Shown here: positions 1-9,200 of the stretch, one piece after another
Layout: every line of letters begins with the position of its first letter
Numbering within the stretch: position 1 is the stretch's first letter
DNA from: Opitutia bacterium
Lineage (GTDB): Bacteria > Verrucomicrobiota > Verrucomicrobiia > Opitutales > Opitutaceae
Direction of reading: 5' to 3'
Length of the DNA: 64,000 bases
NCBI GenBank assembly: GCA_947453695.1
Contig: CANGHW010000005.1
Coordinates: forward strand, 43,091 to 107,090
Made by a program: the position numbers and the translations under genes
Notes under the pieces: generated by a model
Told to the model about the DNA's origin: nothing
The model's database searches: none
The model's input: the letters and a program-made list of their open reading frames with translations, nothing else

Positions 1-514
1 GCAGGTTGTCCCAGGCCCAGGCTTCGAGGGTGGATTCACGCGGGGTTTTGAGTCGGACCGTGCCGGCAGTGATCCCGGGTCGCGTGGGCGAGGCGGGCAG
101 GGCGGCGATGGCGGGGGTGCGGGTGTTGACGACGAAGGTGCGGGTAACCGGCGGAGCGCCGGGGGGGACTTGCACGCGCTCAAGGAAGAGCCGGCGGAGT
201 TCGGCTTTCACGGTGACATCGGCGCCGGCGGGAAAGGTGACGGTGACGCGGTAGTTGCCCTCGGCCGGCAGGGCCGCGGAGAAGTAAAACGGTTTCTCTG
301 AAGTGAGGCCCTCGGCGGTGGCGGTGAGCGAGGCACCGGGCTCGAAGCCGTAACCGCGGTCCGGCGTGAAGGTGGTGTCGGCGGCGACGGCGATGGCACC
401 GGCGGTCGTGGAAGACGCGGAGGTGAAGGAAAACTTCAGCGGCGTGGCCGGCGCAGCGACGAGCGGGGAGAGCAGGGCGCAAGTGAGCGCGAGCAAAGGG
501 AAGCGGGGTGGCAT
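1..514 (-). CDS. Secreted rhamnogalacturonan acetylesterase-like (GDSL/SGNH, RhgT/YesT-like) protein, N-terminal part; runs off the window edge
   Basis: Not in ORF track. Manual translation from ATG 514: signal peptide MPPRFPLLALTCALLSPLVAA, then RGYGFE..FYFSAALPAEGNYRVTVT..TVKAELRRLFLERV..RTFVVNTRTP..VRLKTPRE..WAWDNL, typical of the N-terminal domain of this family. Catalytic domain lies outside the window. Confidence 0.75.
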   Translation of the reverse strand, partial: MPPRFPLLALTCALLSPLVAAPATPLKFSFTSASSTTAGAIAVAADTTFTPDRGYGFEPGASLTATAEGLTSEKPFYFSAALPAEGNYRVTVTFPAGADVTVKAELRRLFLERVQVPPGAPPVTRTFVVNTRTPAIAALPASPTRPGITAGTVRLKTPRESTLEAWAWDNL

Positions 515-556
515 GGGTGTGAGGCAGTCGTGGCGCAGGCGGCGAGGGGCGGACAG

Positions 557-586
557 AAAAAAGGCGCCGGTCAGTCCGACCGACGC
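557..586 (-). terminator. Rho-independent terminator after the TonB-dependent receptor gene
   Basis: Minus strand GCGTCGGTC-GGACT-GACCGGCGC stem (one G-U pair) followed by CTTTTTT. Confidence 0.65.
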
Positions 587-625
587 TGCGCGAAAAGCCG
601 GGAGAGCACGCTCAGGCTGAGCGTG

Positions 626-3600
626 CTACAGATCGAAGGTTGCCTGTAAAATAAACTGTCGCGGGTCGACGATTCGGAAGCTGTGCGGTGTGCCGTCGGG
701 AAAGGCGCCGATGGGTTGTAGTCGGCCGTTTTCCTGGAGATTGCGGACGTTGAGCTGCAGCTCGGCGCCGACTTTGTTGGCCCAGAGCTTGGTGCGGTAT
801 TTCACGAAGGCGTCGAAGTAGAGGTGCTGCTGGTCGTAGATGGGGCGATTGGGATCGAGTTCGGTGATGACGGCGGGGAGAGACTGTTTGCCGTAGTAGC
901 CGATGGCGCCCTTGTCTTCCCAGCGGACGGCGCCGCCGACGGTGAAGCGTTTGAGGAGCGCGTGGTCGGTGACGCCGGCGAGCTGGTAGCTCGTGCTGGC
1001 CTTGGCGGCGTAGCGGCGGATCTGCGGGCTGCTCTTGCCCTCCTGGGCCTTGACGACGCTGTAGGGCGTCTCGACGAACGACGCGTAATTTTGGGCGGCG
1101 GTCTGGGAGCCGCCGTAGTTTTTCGTCCACCAAAGCTGGCCGTCGCGCTGGTCGCGGATGGTCGTCCACACGGGCATGCGTTGGGCGATCCATTGGGCAA
1201 TATCATTGGAGACGTTGTTGTTGATCGACTGGGTGTCCGTCGCGGAGGCGGCGACGGTCCAGTGGCGGGTGGGGTTGAAGTTGAGTTCGATCTCGGTGCC
1301 CTTGGCGGTGATGTCCTGAGTGGAGGAGATGGTGCCGGCGTTGAAAGCCTGGACGATGGAGTTTTGGAGATCGGTGCTGACGCCGATCTGGCGGGCGACC
1401 TCGGTCTGAACCTGCGCGGCAGTGAACGTGGGATTGGCGGCCTGCACCCATTGCGTGGCTTGGGTGGTGAGGAGGAAGGCTGCGGTGGAAGTGAGGTCGA
1501 TGCGGGTGACGCGCTGGGCGATCGTGCCGGCGTCGCCGCCGCTCTTGTTTTTCTGAGTGGTCTCGTAGCGATTGACGCGGAGGACCATGCGGCCGTCGAA
1601 GAGATTGAGGGCGAAACCGTATTCCTTGCCCTGACCGGCGGGGTTGGGGAGCGGCTGGAGGAAGAGGTTAATGCGCGGGTCCTGAGGCGTGAAACTGTCG
1701 GACTTGTTGTAGAGGAGGGAGAGGCCGTGAAGGGCGCCGGCGAGGAAGTGGCCCGCGGGGCCGGAGTCGTCGAGGTTCTTGAGAAATGAGAATCCGCGAA
1801 GCGGGCGGACGACGGCGCCGGCCTGCTTGGTCTTGCCGGAGTTGAACTTGTAGTCGCCAGCGGCCCAGTGGTTGATCGAGTCGTAGTTGAACGTGGTGCC
1901 GTCGGCGTTGAGGAGCTGGGGCGTGGCGCCGGCCTTTTGGTATTGGAGATCCTCGCGGAGACCGAAGGTGGTGACGACGCGACTCTGGAGGAGGTGGCTT
2001 TGGATGACGCCGCCGAGGGTTTTTAGGATGGTCTTGGAGTTGCTGCCCCCGCCGGTCGAATCAGTGACGGCGGCGAGACCAACGACGGACGGCTCGCGGT
2101 TAAATGTGCCGGTGCCCGTGGGCAGGCCGCCGGCGAGGGTGTAGTTGCCCCAGACGAACGGGTAGGTGCCGGGTTGGAGATCGCCGGGAGCGTAGTCGAC
2201 ATTGTTGCCCTTGTTGTCGCCGACATAGTAGCGGAGGTAGCTGCGGGTGATGGCGAGAGCCGCGGCGGGACCGCCGGAGATGGCGCCCTGATTGGCGCGC
2301 GACTGGCCGGCGGGAATCCAGGAGTGATTATCGAGAATCGCTTCGCGGAAGGAGTAGCGCCGGTTGATGCGGTATTTGTATTCGTCGTAGAGGGAGATCT
2401 GGTGGAGGCCGAGCCACCGGAGGGCGCTCTTCTCGCCGGTGAAATCGAGCTTGTAGGCGAGCTGGGCGCGGATCGTGTCCCACTTGGCGGGCTGGTAGGT
2501 GGTGCGGGGCTGGTCCTGGCCGATGTAGGGGCGGAGGAAGTAGGGGTTGGCCGAGCCATCGAGCATCTTCTCGTTTACATCGATCATGAGCTGGCCGGAC
2601 TGGCCGTTGTCGTTGGCGATGCCGATGTAGTTGCGTTGGTAGCGAAGGGAGTCCTCGCGGAGGAAACCGGCCTGCAAGGCGAGGGTATGACGCGGGGTGT
2701 TGAAGAAGAAATGGTCGAGCTGAACGCTGGAGGTGAGGTTGCGATCCCAGAAGCGATTGACCGCGGCGAGATTCACGTCAGTCCAGTCGTAGATCGACTT
2801 GTCGCGGATCGTCGGAGTGGTGGTGAAGAGCGGCTGGGCGGTGAAGCGACCGAGGCTGACCCCGGAGGCGGAGCTAGGGGCCATGAGACGGACGCTCTGG
2901 GCGCCGGAGATCGGGCCGGTCGCGAGATTGCCGAAGGTGGTGGGGGCGCCGAAGTAGCCGATGCCGTTGGTGTCGATGTAGAGGAAGCTGTGGTTATTGC
3001 CGGTGAATGTGTTGTTGAAATAGTCCGGTAATCCGGTGGCCGAGGTAAACGGTCCGAGCGTCTGGCCGTTGACGTGCACGACCTGCGCGATCGGATCCCA
3101 CGTCGGGCGGCCGCTCTGGGCCCAGTAGGAAATGGAGTCGCGCGGCGGCGTGGCGTTGGGGCGATTGCCGTAGGTGTGGTAGTAGGAGGCCGACGCGGAG
3201 AGCGTGGTGTCCTTGAACGGCTTGTATTTGATCATGCCGTTGTAGCGCTCGGTATCGACGCCGGAAGGCTTGCGGACGAAGCCCTCATGCTGGAAGGCGG
3301 CGCTGCCACGCAGGGCGAGCCTGCCCTTCTGGAGGACGCGGTTGACGTCGAGGCTCGTGCGGTAGCCGTCGTAACTGTCTGCACGGAACTGCACCTGCGA
3401 ACGGTCGCGCGTGAGATTGGCGGAGGCGGCGACCATGTTGACGGTGCCGGAGGGGTTGCCGAGGCCGAAGACGTTGGCATTGGGGCCGCGGCTGATCTCG
3501 AGGCCGTCGAGGCCGAGGGGATCGACGGGGGTGCGGCCCATGGTCTCGAAATTGCCGAGGGAAATATTGGCGGAGTTGAGGCCGCGCACGCGGTTGGCCT

Positions 3601-4123
3601 GAGCGGGGTTGAGCTGCACGTTGTCAGAGACGCTCCCGTTGCGGTCGACGGTGAAGTCGGTGAAGGTGCCGGTGCCCTCGGTGCTCGCGGAATAGAGGAA
3701 GACGTCGTTGATATCGAGCATCGCGAAGTCCTGCATCTGCTCCTTCGTGACGACGGTGATGGAGGCGGCGAGGTCCTCGAGCTTCGAATTGAAGCGCGTG
3801 CCGGACATCGTGTTGGCGCCATAGTAGCCCTTGTTGTCGGAGATGACTTCGAACGGGGACAGGGCGACCACCTCGTCGGCGGGTTTCGCGGGATCGGGCG
3901 CACCGGGTGCAGTGATGGAAGCGGATTTTTTCAGGTCGGCATCGAGGGCGGCCTGTTCGTCGGGATCGAGGCGGCCGTTTTTGTTTTTGTCGTATTTCGC
4001 CAACGTGGCGGCGGCGTCGGCGGGCGTGGGGGCGACTTGAGCAAAGGCGGTGACGGCGAACAGGCAGGCCGGCGACACGACGAGCCGGCGGAGGGCGGGA
4101 CGGAAGGGGCGGGGCGTGGTCAT
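626..4123 (-). CDS. TonB-dependent receptor (Opitutaceae-type), probably for carbohydrate uptake
   Basis: Signal peptide from ATG 4123 (MTTPRP..AVTAFAQ), VVALSPFEV TonB-box region, plug domain (SGTRFNSKLEDLAASITVVTKEQMQD; EISRGPNANVFGLG), C-terminal barrel signal PRQFILQATFDL. Confidence 0.9.
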   Translation of the reverse strand: MTTPRPFRPALRRLVVSPACLFAVTAFAQVAPTPADAAATLAKYDKNKNGRLDPDEQAALDADLKKSASITAPGAPDPAKPADEVVALSPFEVISDNKGYYGANTMSGTRFNSKLEDLAASITVVTKEQMQDFAMLDINDVFLYSASTEGTGTFTDFTVDRNGSVSDNVQLNPAQANRVRGLNSANISLGNFETMGRTPVDPLGLDGLEISRGPNANVFGLGNPSGTVNMVAASANLTRDRSQVQFRADSYDGYRTSLDVNRVLQKGRLALRGSAAFQHEGFVRKPSGVDTERYNGMIKYKPFKDTTLSASASYYHTYGNRPNATPPRDSISYWAQSGRPTWDPIAQVVHVNGQTLGPFTSATGLPDYFNNTFTGNNHSFLYIDTNGIGYFGAPTTFGNLATGPISGAQSVRLMAPSSASGVSLGRFTAQPLFTTTPTIRDKSIYDWTDVNLAAVNRFWDRNLTSSVQLDHFFFNTPRHTLALQAGFLREDSLRYQRNYIGIANDNGQSGQLMIDVNEKMLDGSANPYFLRPYIGQDQPRTTYQPAKWDTIRAQLAYKLDFTGEKSALRWLGLHQISLYDEYKYRINRRYSFREAILDNHSWIPAGQSRANQGAISGGPAAALAITRSYLRYYVGDNKGNNVDYAPGDLQPGTYPFVWGNYTLAGGLPTGTGTFNREPSVVGLAAVTDSTGGGSNSKTILKTLGGVIQSHLLQSRVVTTFGLREDLQYQKAGATPQLLNADGTTFNYDSINHWAAGDYKFNSGKTKQAGAVVRPLRGFSFLKNLDDSGPAGHFLAGALHGLSLLYNKSDSFTPQDPRINLFLQPLPNPAGQGKEYGFALNLFDGRMVLRVNRYETTQKNKSGGDAGTIAQRVTRIDLTSTAAFLLTTQATQWVQAANPTFTAAQVQTEVARQIGVSTDLQNSIVQAFNAGTISSTQDITAKGTEIELNFNPTRHWTVAASATDTQSINNNVSNDIAQWIAQRMPVWTTIRDQRDGQLWWTKNYGGSQTAAQNYASFVETPYSVVKAQEGKSSPQIRRYAAKASTSYQLAGVTDHALLKRFTVGGAVRWEDKGAIGYYGKQSLPAVITELDPNRPIYDQQHLYFDAFVKYRTKLWANKVGAELQLNVRNLQENGRLQPIGAFPDGTPHSFRIVDPRQFILQATFDL

Positions 4124-4247
4124 GGACGGGAAACAGAAAGGGATGCGCGACGGGAAACGCGGGACGCCGGGAGGATAAGGGGGCAAACGAACGGCGGGGA
4201 AGGCCGGGGACGCGTGTCTGAATGGAGCCGAGGGGTGGCTCAACGCC

Positions 4248-4276
4248 AAAAAAACGCCGCCGAAAATTCGGCGGCG
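4248..4276 (-). terminator. Rho-independent terminator of the cysS-thrS operon
   Basis: Minus strand CGCCGCCGAA-TT-TTCGGCGGCG perfect inverted repeat followed by T7. Confidence 0.85.
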
Positions 4277-4310
4277 CGAGAAAGGGAGCCAGGCTCGGAG
4301 GTGATTCGGG

Positions 4311-4334
4311 CCGCACCGTAACCGGTGCGGCCAC
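4311..4334. repeat. REP-like palindrome (GTGG variant of the GTAG-type family)
   Basis: CCGCACCG-TAAC-CGGTGCGG-CCAC; same 24-nt layout as 9148 and 44058. Confidence 0.6.
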
Positions 4335-4349
4335 GAGCGCGCGGCGTGG

Positions 4350-6293
4350 TCAGGAGGTGGCGGGCGGCGTGGCGGGCTTCTCGATTTTCTTTTTGTCGGG
4401 AAGTGCGCGGGTGGCGACCTCGGCTTTGAGTTTTGCGAGGTAGGCGTCGAGGGTCATCGTGCCTTCGTCGCCGCGGGCGCGACTGCGGACGGACACGCTC
4501 TGCGTCTCGGCTTCCTTGTAGCCGAAGACGAGCGTGTAGGGGACCTTGTCGAGTTCGGCGCGACGGATCTTGCCGCCGAGTTTATCGGTGTGCTCGTCGA
4601 TGGTGGCGCGGATGCCCTCGGCCTTGAGGCGGGTGAGGAAACTGCGCGCGTAGTCGTTGAGCTTGTCGCTGATCGGCACGAGGCGGACCTGCTCGGGCGC
4701 GAGCCACGCGGGGAAGTCGCCGCCGAAGTGCTCGATGAGCACGCCGCAGAAACGCTCCATCGAGCCGAAGGGCGCGCGGTGGATCATCACCGGCGTATGC
4801 TTCTCATTGTCGGCGCCGATGTAGGTGAGACCAAAACGCACCGGGAGGACGTAGTCGACCTGCACGGTGCCGAGCTGCCACTCGCGGCCGATGACGTCTT
4901 TGATGACGAAGTCGATCTTCGGGCCGTAGAACGCGGCTTCGCCGGGCTCTTCGCTGAAGGGCACGCCGAGGGTTTTGGCGGCTTCGCGGCAGGCGGCTTC
5001 GGCGAGATCCCACTTCTCGGGATCGCCGGCGAACTTCTTACCGTCCGGATCGCGGAGACCGACGCGCACGCGGTAGTCCTGCATGCCGAGGGTGGTGAGG
5101 ACGATCTTCACGAGCGAGAGACAGCCTAGGACTTCCTGCGCAACTTGATCGGGCGTGCAGAACAAGTGGGCGTCGTCCTGGGTGAAGCCGCGGACGCGGG
5201 TCATGCCGTTGAGCTCGCCGGACTGCTCCCAGCGGTAGACGGTGCCGAACTCGGCGAGGCGCACGGGCAGATCGCGGTAGCTGTGCGGCTGCGAGGCGAA
5301 GATCTTGATGTGATGCGGGCAGTTCATCGGCTTCAGCATGAAACCGTTGAGGAGCTTGTCGTCGGGCATCACGCGGTCGGGCGGGATGGTTTCCTTGCCG
5401 GTGCGGGCGTTGACCGTCGCGGCGAGCTGGCCGGAGACGGCGTCGAGGCGCGCATAGGCCTCGGCGCACGAGCAGCCTTCACCGAGGGCCTTGGCGAGCG
5501 ACTCGTTTTCGAAGACAGGCGAGAACTGCGAGTCCTTGTAGTAAGGGAAGTGGCCGGAGGTTTTGTAGAGCTCGAGCTTGCCGATGTGCGGCGTGAAGAC
5601 CTGCGAGTAGCCCTGTTTGCGGAGCTCACCGCCGATGAAGTCCTGCAACTCCTGGCGAATGATGGAGCCGTTGGGCGTCCAAAGGATGAGGCCCTGACCG
5701 ACGTCTTCGTCGATGTGGAAGAGTTTCAGTTCGCGGCCGAGCTTGCGGTGATCGCGGGCCTTGGCCTGCTCTTGGCGCTCGAGGTGTTGGGCGAGTTCTT
5801 CCTTGGTGGGAAACGCGGTGCCGTAGATGCGCTGGAGCTGCTTGTTCTTCTCGTCGCCCCGGTGATACGCGCCGGCGATGGAGAGGAGCTTAAATGCTTT
5901 CAGCTTCGAGGAGTAACGCACGTGCGTGCCGGCGCAGAGGTCCATGAACTCGCCGTTTTGGTAGAAGGAAATTTTTTCGCCCTCGGGGATGTCGGCGAGA
6001 CGGCCCAGCTTGTAACGCTCCTGGCCACGTGACTTGATGATCTCGATCGCTTCCTCGCGGGAGACTTCCTTGCGGTCGAAGCGCTGGTTTTCATCGGCGA
6101 TCTTCTTCATCTCGGCCTCGAGTTTCACGAGGTCGTCGGCGGTGAGTTTGTGGTCGAGGTCGATGTCGTAGTAGAAGCCGGTGTCCGTCGGGGGACCGAT
6201 GTCGAGCTTGGCATCGGGGAAGATGCGGAGGACGGCGGTCGCGAGGATGTGCGAGGCCGAGTGACGGAGTTCTTCGAGGGGAGACATGCTCAT
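4350..6293 (-). CDS. thrS: Threonine--tRNA ligase
   Basis: RHSASH editing motif, DLCAGTH, RDHRKLG, KPMNCPHH, TRVRGFTQDDAH, FYGPKID, HRAPFGSMERF, anticodon-binding domain. Lacks the N-terminal TGS domain. Confidence 0.98.
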   Translation of the reverse strand: MSMSPLEELRHSASHILATAVLRIFPDAKLDIGPPTDTGFYYDIDLDHKLTADDLVKLEAEMKKIADENQRFDRKEVSREEAIEIIKSRGQERYKLGRLADIPEGEKISFYQNGEFMDLCAGTHVRYSSKLKAFKLLSIAGAYHRGDEKNKQLQRIYGTAFPTKEELAQHLERQEQAKARDHRKLGRELKLFHIDEDVGQGLILWTPNGSIIRQELQDFIGGELRKQGYSQVFTPHIGKLELYKTSGHFPYYKDSQFSPVFENESLAKALGEGCSCAEAYARLDAVSGQLAATVNARTGKETIPPDRVMPDDKLLNGFMLKPMNCPHHIKIFASQPHSYRDLPVRLAEFGTVYRWEQSGELNGMTRVRGFTQDDAHLFCTPDQVAQEVLGCLSLVKIVLTTLGMQDYRVRVGLRDPDGKKFAGDPEKWDLAEAACREAAKTLGVPFSEEPGEAAFYGPKIDFVIKDVIGREWQLGTVQVDYVLPVRFGLTYIGADNEKHTPVMIHRAPFGSMERFCGVLIEHFGGDFPAWLAPEQVRLVPISDKLNDYARSFLTRLKAEGIRATIDEHTDKLGGKIRRAELDKVPYTLVFGYKEAETQSVSVRSRARGDEGTMTLDAYLAKLKAEVATRALPDKKKIEKPATPPATS

Positions 6294-6328
6294 GTGAATT
6301 TAAGATTTTCGATTGGGTATTTCCGATT
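6294..6328 (-). repeat. Five degenerate 7-nt AAT-initiated units forming the thrS 5' leader
   Basis: AATCGGA AATACCC AATCGAA AATCTTA AATTCAC, directly followed by the thrS ATG. Confidence 0.55.
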
Positions 6329-6339
6329 ACCGAGGGAGC

Positions 6340-7710
<1,371 letters not shown>

Positions 7711-7740
7711 GAAAAGGAAAATTAGAGGGAGAACGCTGCC

Positions 7741-7826
7741 AGAAATTCCGCCGCAGCGGAACGAAGTTTTTGCTAGCGGCACCCAGGGTGCCGGCGGTTG
7801 CGGGCATTACGCCGATCAGCAACCGC
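7741..7826 (-). promoter_or_regulatory. Putative attenuator structures in the cysS-thrS leader
   Basis: GCGGTTGC (7826-7819) pairs with GCAACCGC (7801-7794); hairpin CGGCACC-CTG-GGTGCCG (7793-7777); hairpin TTCCGC-TGCG-GCGGAA + TTTCT (7761-7741). Confidence 0.55.
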
Positions 7827-7893
7827 AGCCGGTCGTTCGCGTCGTCTCGGGGAGACGCGTCGGGAGGCAAAAACAGGTGGCGGAGCAGGACAT
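7816..7893 (-). CDS. Putative Cys/Thr-rich leader peptide of the cysS-thrS operon, MSCSATCFCLPTRLPETTRTTGCGC
   Basis: ATG 7893 preceded by AGAGG with a 6-nt spacer; TGA at 7818-7816; 5 Cys + 6 Thr in 25 aa; ends 105 nt upstream of the cysS ATG. Confidence 0.65.
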   Translation of the reverse strand: MSCSATCFCLPTRLPETTRTTGCGC

Positions 7894-8078
7894 GGTTGAC
7901 CTCTGAAGACATACACGTGCGGGAGTGGTTCAAGCTCGATTTCCGACAGGACCGCGGAGCCACGGAGACGGGAGCGGATGGCGGGCTAGGCGCAAAAAAC
8001 GGGCGGGGTTGAGCAAGCGATGCGGGCAGTTTCGAGTCGCGGGGCAGGGAGGCCCGTGTTTGGGTGCGGACCTCCCTT

Positions 8079-9092
8079 ATGGCCGACTCGTCTTCCTTCG
8101 AACTGACCCATCGTCCGCGGCGGTTGCGCCGCACCGCTAGCCTGCGCGCCATGGTCGAGGAGACGGTGCTGCGCCCGGCGGACTTTATCGCGCCGCTCTT
8201 CGTGGTGGACGGGAAGCCGGCGCCCGAGGAGATCGGGTCGATGCCGGGGGTGTTTCGCCTGAACATCGCCGACCTCGTCAAAGAGTGTCGCGCGCTCGCG
8301 AAACTCGGGGTGCCGGCGGTGGCGCTGTTTCCCAAACTCGATCCCAGTCTCAAGGACGATGAAGGCACGCAGGCGCTGAATCCCGACACGCTTGTGCTGC
8401 GCGCCGTGCGGGCGGTGAAGAAAGCAGTGCCGGGCCTGACGGTCATCACCGATGTCGCGCTCGATCCCTACACGAGCCACGGGCACGACGGTGTCTTGAC
8501 GGCTGCGCGCGATGATGTGGCCAACGACCGCACGGTGGCGATTTTGGCGAAGATGGCCGTGCTGCAGGCGCAGGCGGGCGTCGATCTGGTGGCGCCGAGT
8601 GACATGATGGACGGCCGCGTGGGCGCAATTCGCAAGGCCCTCGATGCCGCGGGCTACACGGGCGTGGGCATCATGGCGTATTCGGTGAAGTTCAACTCGG
8701 CCTACTATGGGCCGTTCCGCGACGCGGTGGGCAGTGCGAAGGCGGCGGGCACGAATCTATTGAGCAAGGCGACCTATCAGATGAATCCGGCGAATCGCCG
8801 CGAGGCGTTGGTCGAAGCGGCGCTCGATGTGGGCGAGGGCGCGGACATTATTATGGTGAAGCCGGCCGGGGCGTATCTCGACATCATCCGCGAAGTGCGC
8901 AACGCTACGAAGAAACCGCTCGCGGCTTACCAAGTCTCCGGCGAATACGCGCAACTCCACGCGGCGGCGCGGTTGGGCTGGCTCGATCTCCCGCGCACGC
9001 GGCATGAGTCGCTGCTCGCGATCAAGCGTGCGGGGGCCGATATGATCCTGACGTATTTCGCGAAGGACATGGCGACGCTGCTGCAACGGTGA
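8079..9092 (+). CDS. hemB: Porphobilinogen synthase (delta-aminolevulinic acid dehydratase), Mg-type
   Basis: RPRRLR, DVALDPYTSHGHDG (Asp-rich, non-Zn site), APSDMMDGR, YYGPFRDA, MVKP, AYQVSGEY. Confidence 0.97.
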   Translation: MADSSSFELTHRPRRLRRTASLRAMVEETVLRPADFIAPLFVVDGKPAPEEIGSMPGVFRLNIADLVKECRALAKLGVPAVALFPKLDPSLKDDEGTQALNPDTLVLRAVRAVKKAVPGLTVITDVALDPYTSHGHDGVLTAARDDVANDRTVAILAKMAVLQAQAGVDLVAPSDMMDGRVGAIRKALDAAGYTGVGIMAYSVKFNSAYYGPFRDAVGSAKAAGTNLLSKATYQMNPANRREALVEAALDVGEGADIIMVKPAGAYLDIIREVRNATKKPLAAYQVSGEYAQLHAAARLGWLDLPRTRHESLLAIKRAGADMILTYFAKDMATLLQR

Positions 9093-9147
9093 GCCCGCGG
9101 AGGGAGAGCAGAGTGCACCCAAAGTGCGGTAGGCTTGAGACGGCGCA

Positions 9148-9171
9148 CCGCGTCGTAAGCGACGCGGCTAC
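9148..9171. repeat. GTAG-type REP-like palindrome
   Basis: CCGCGTCG-TAAG-CGACGCGG-CTAC, between convergent hemB and mqo. Confidence 0.7.
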
Positions 9172-9200
9172 GAAGGCTGCGCGTCGTGCGCGTGGAGAAA

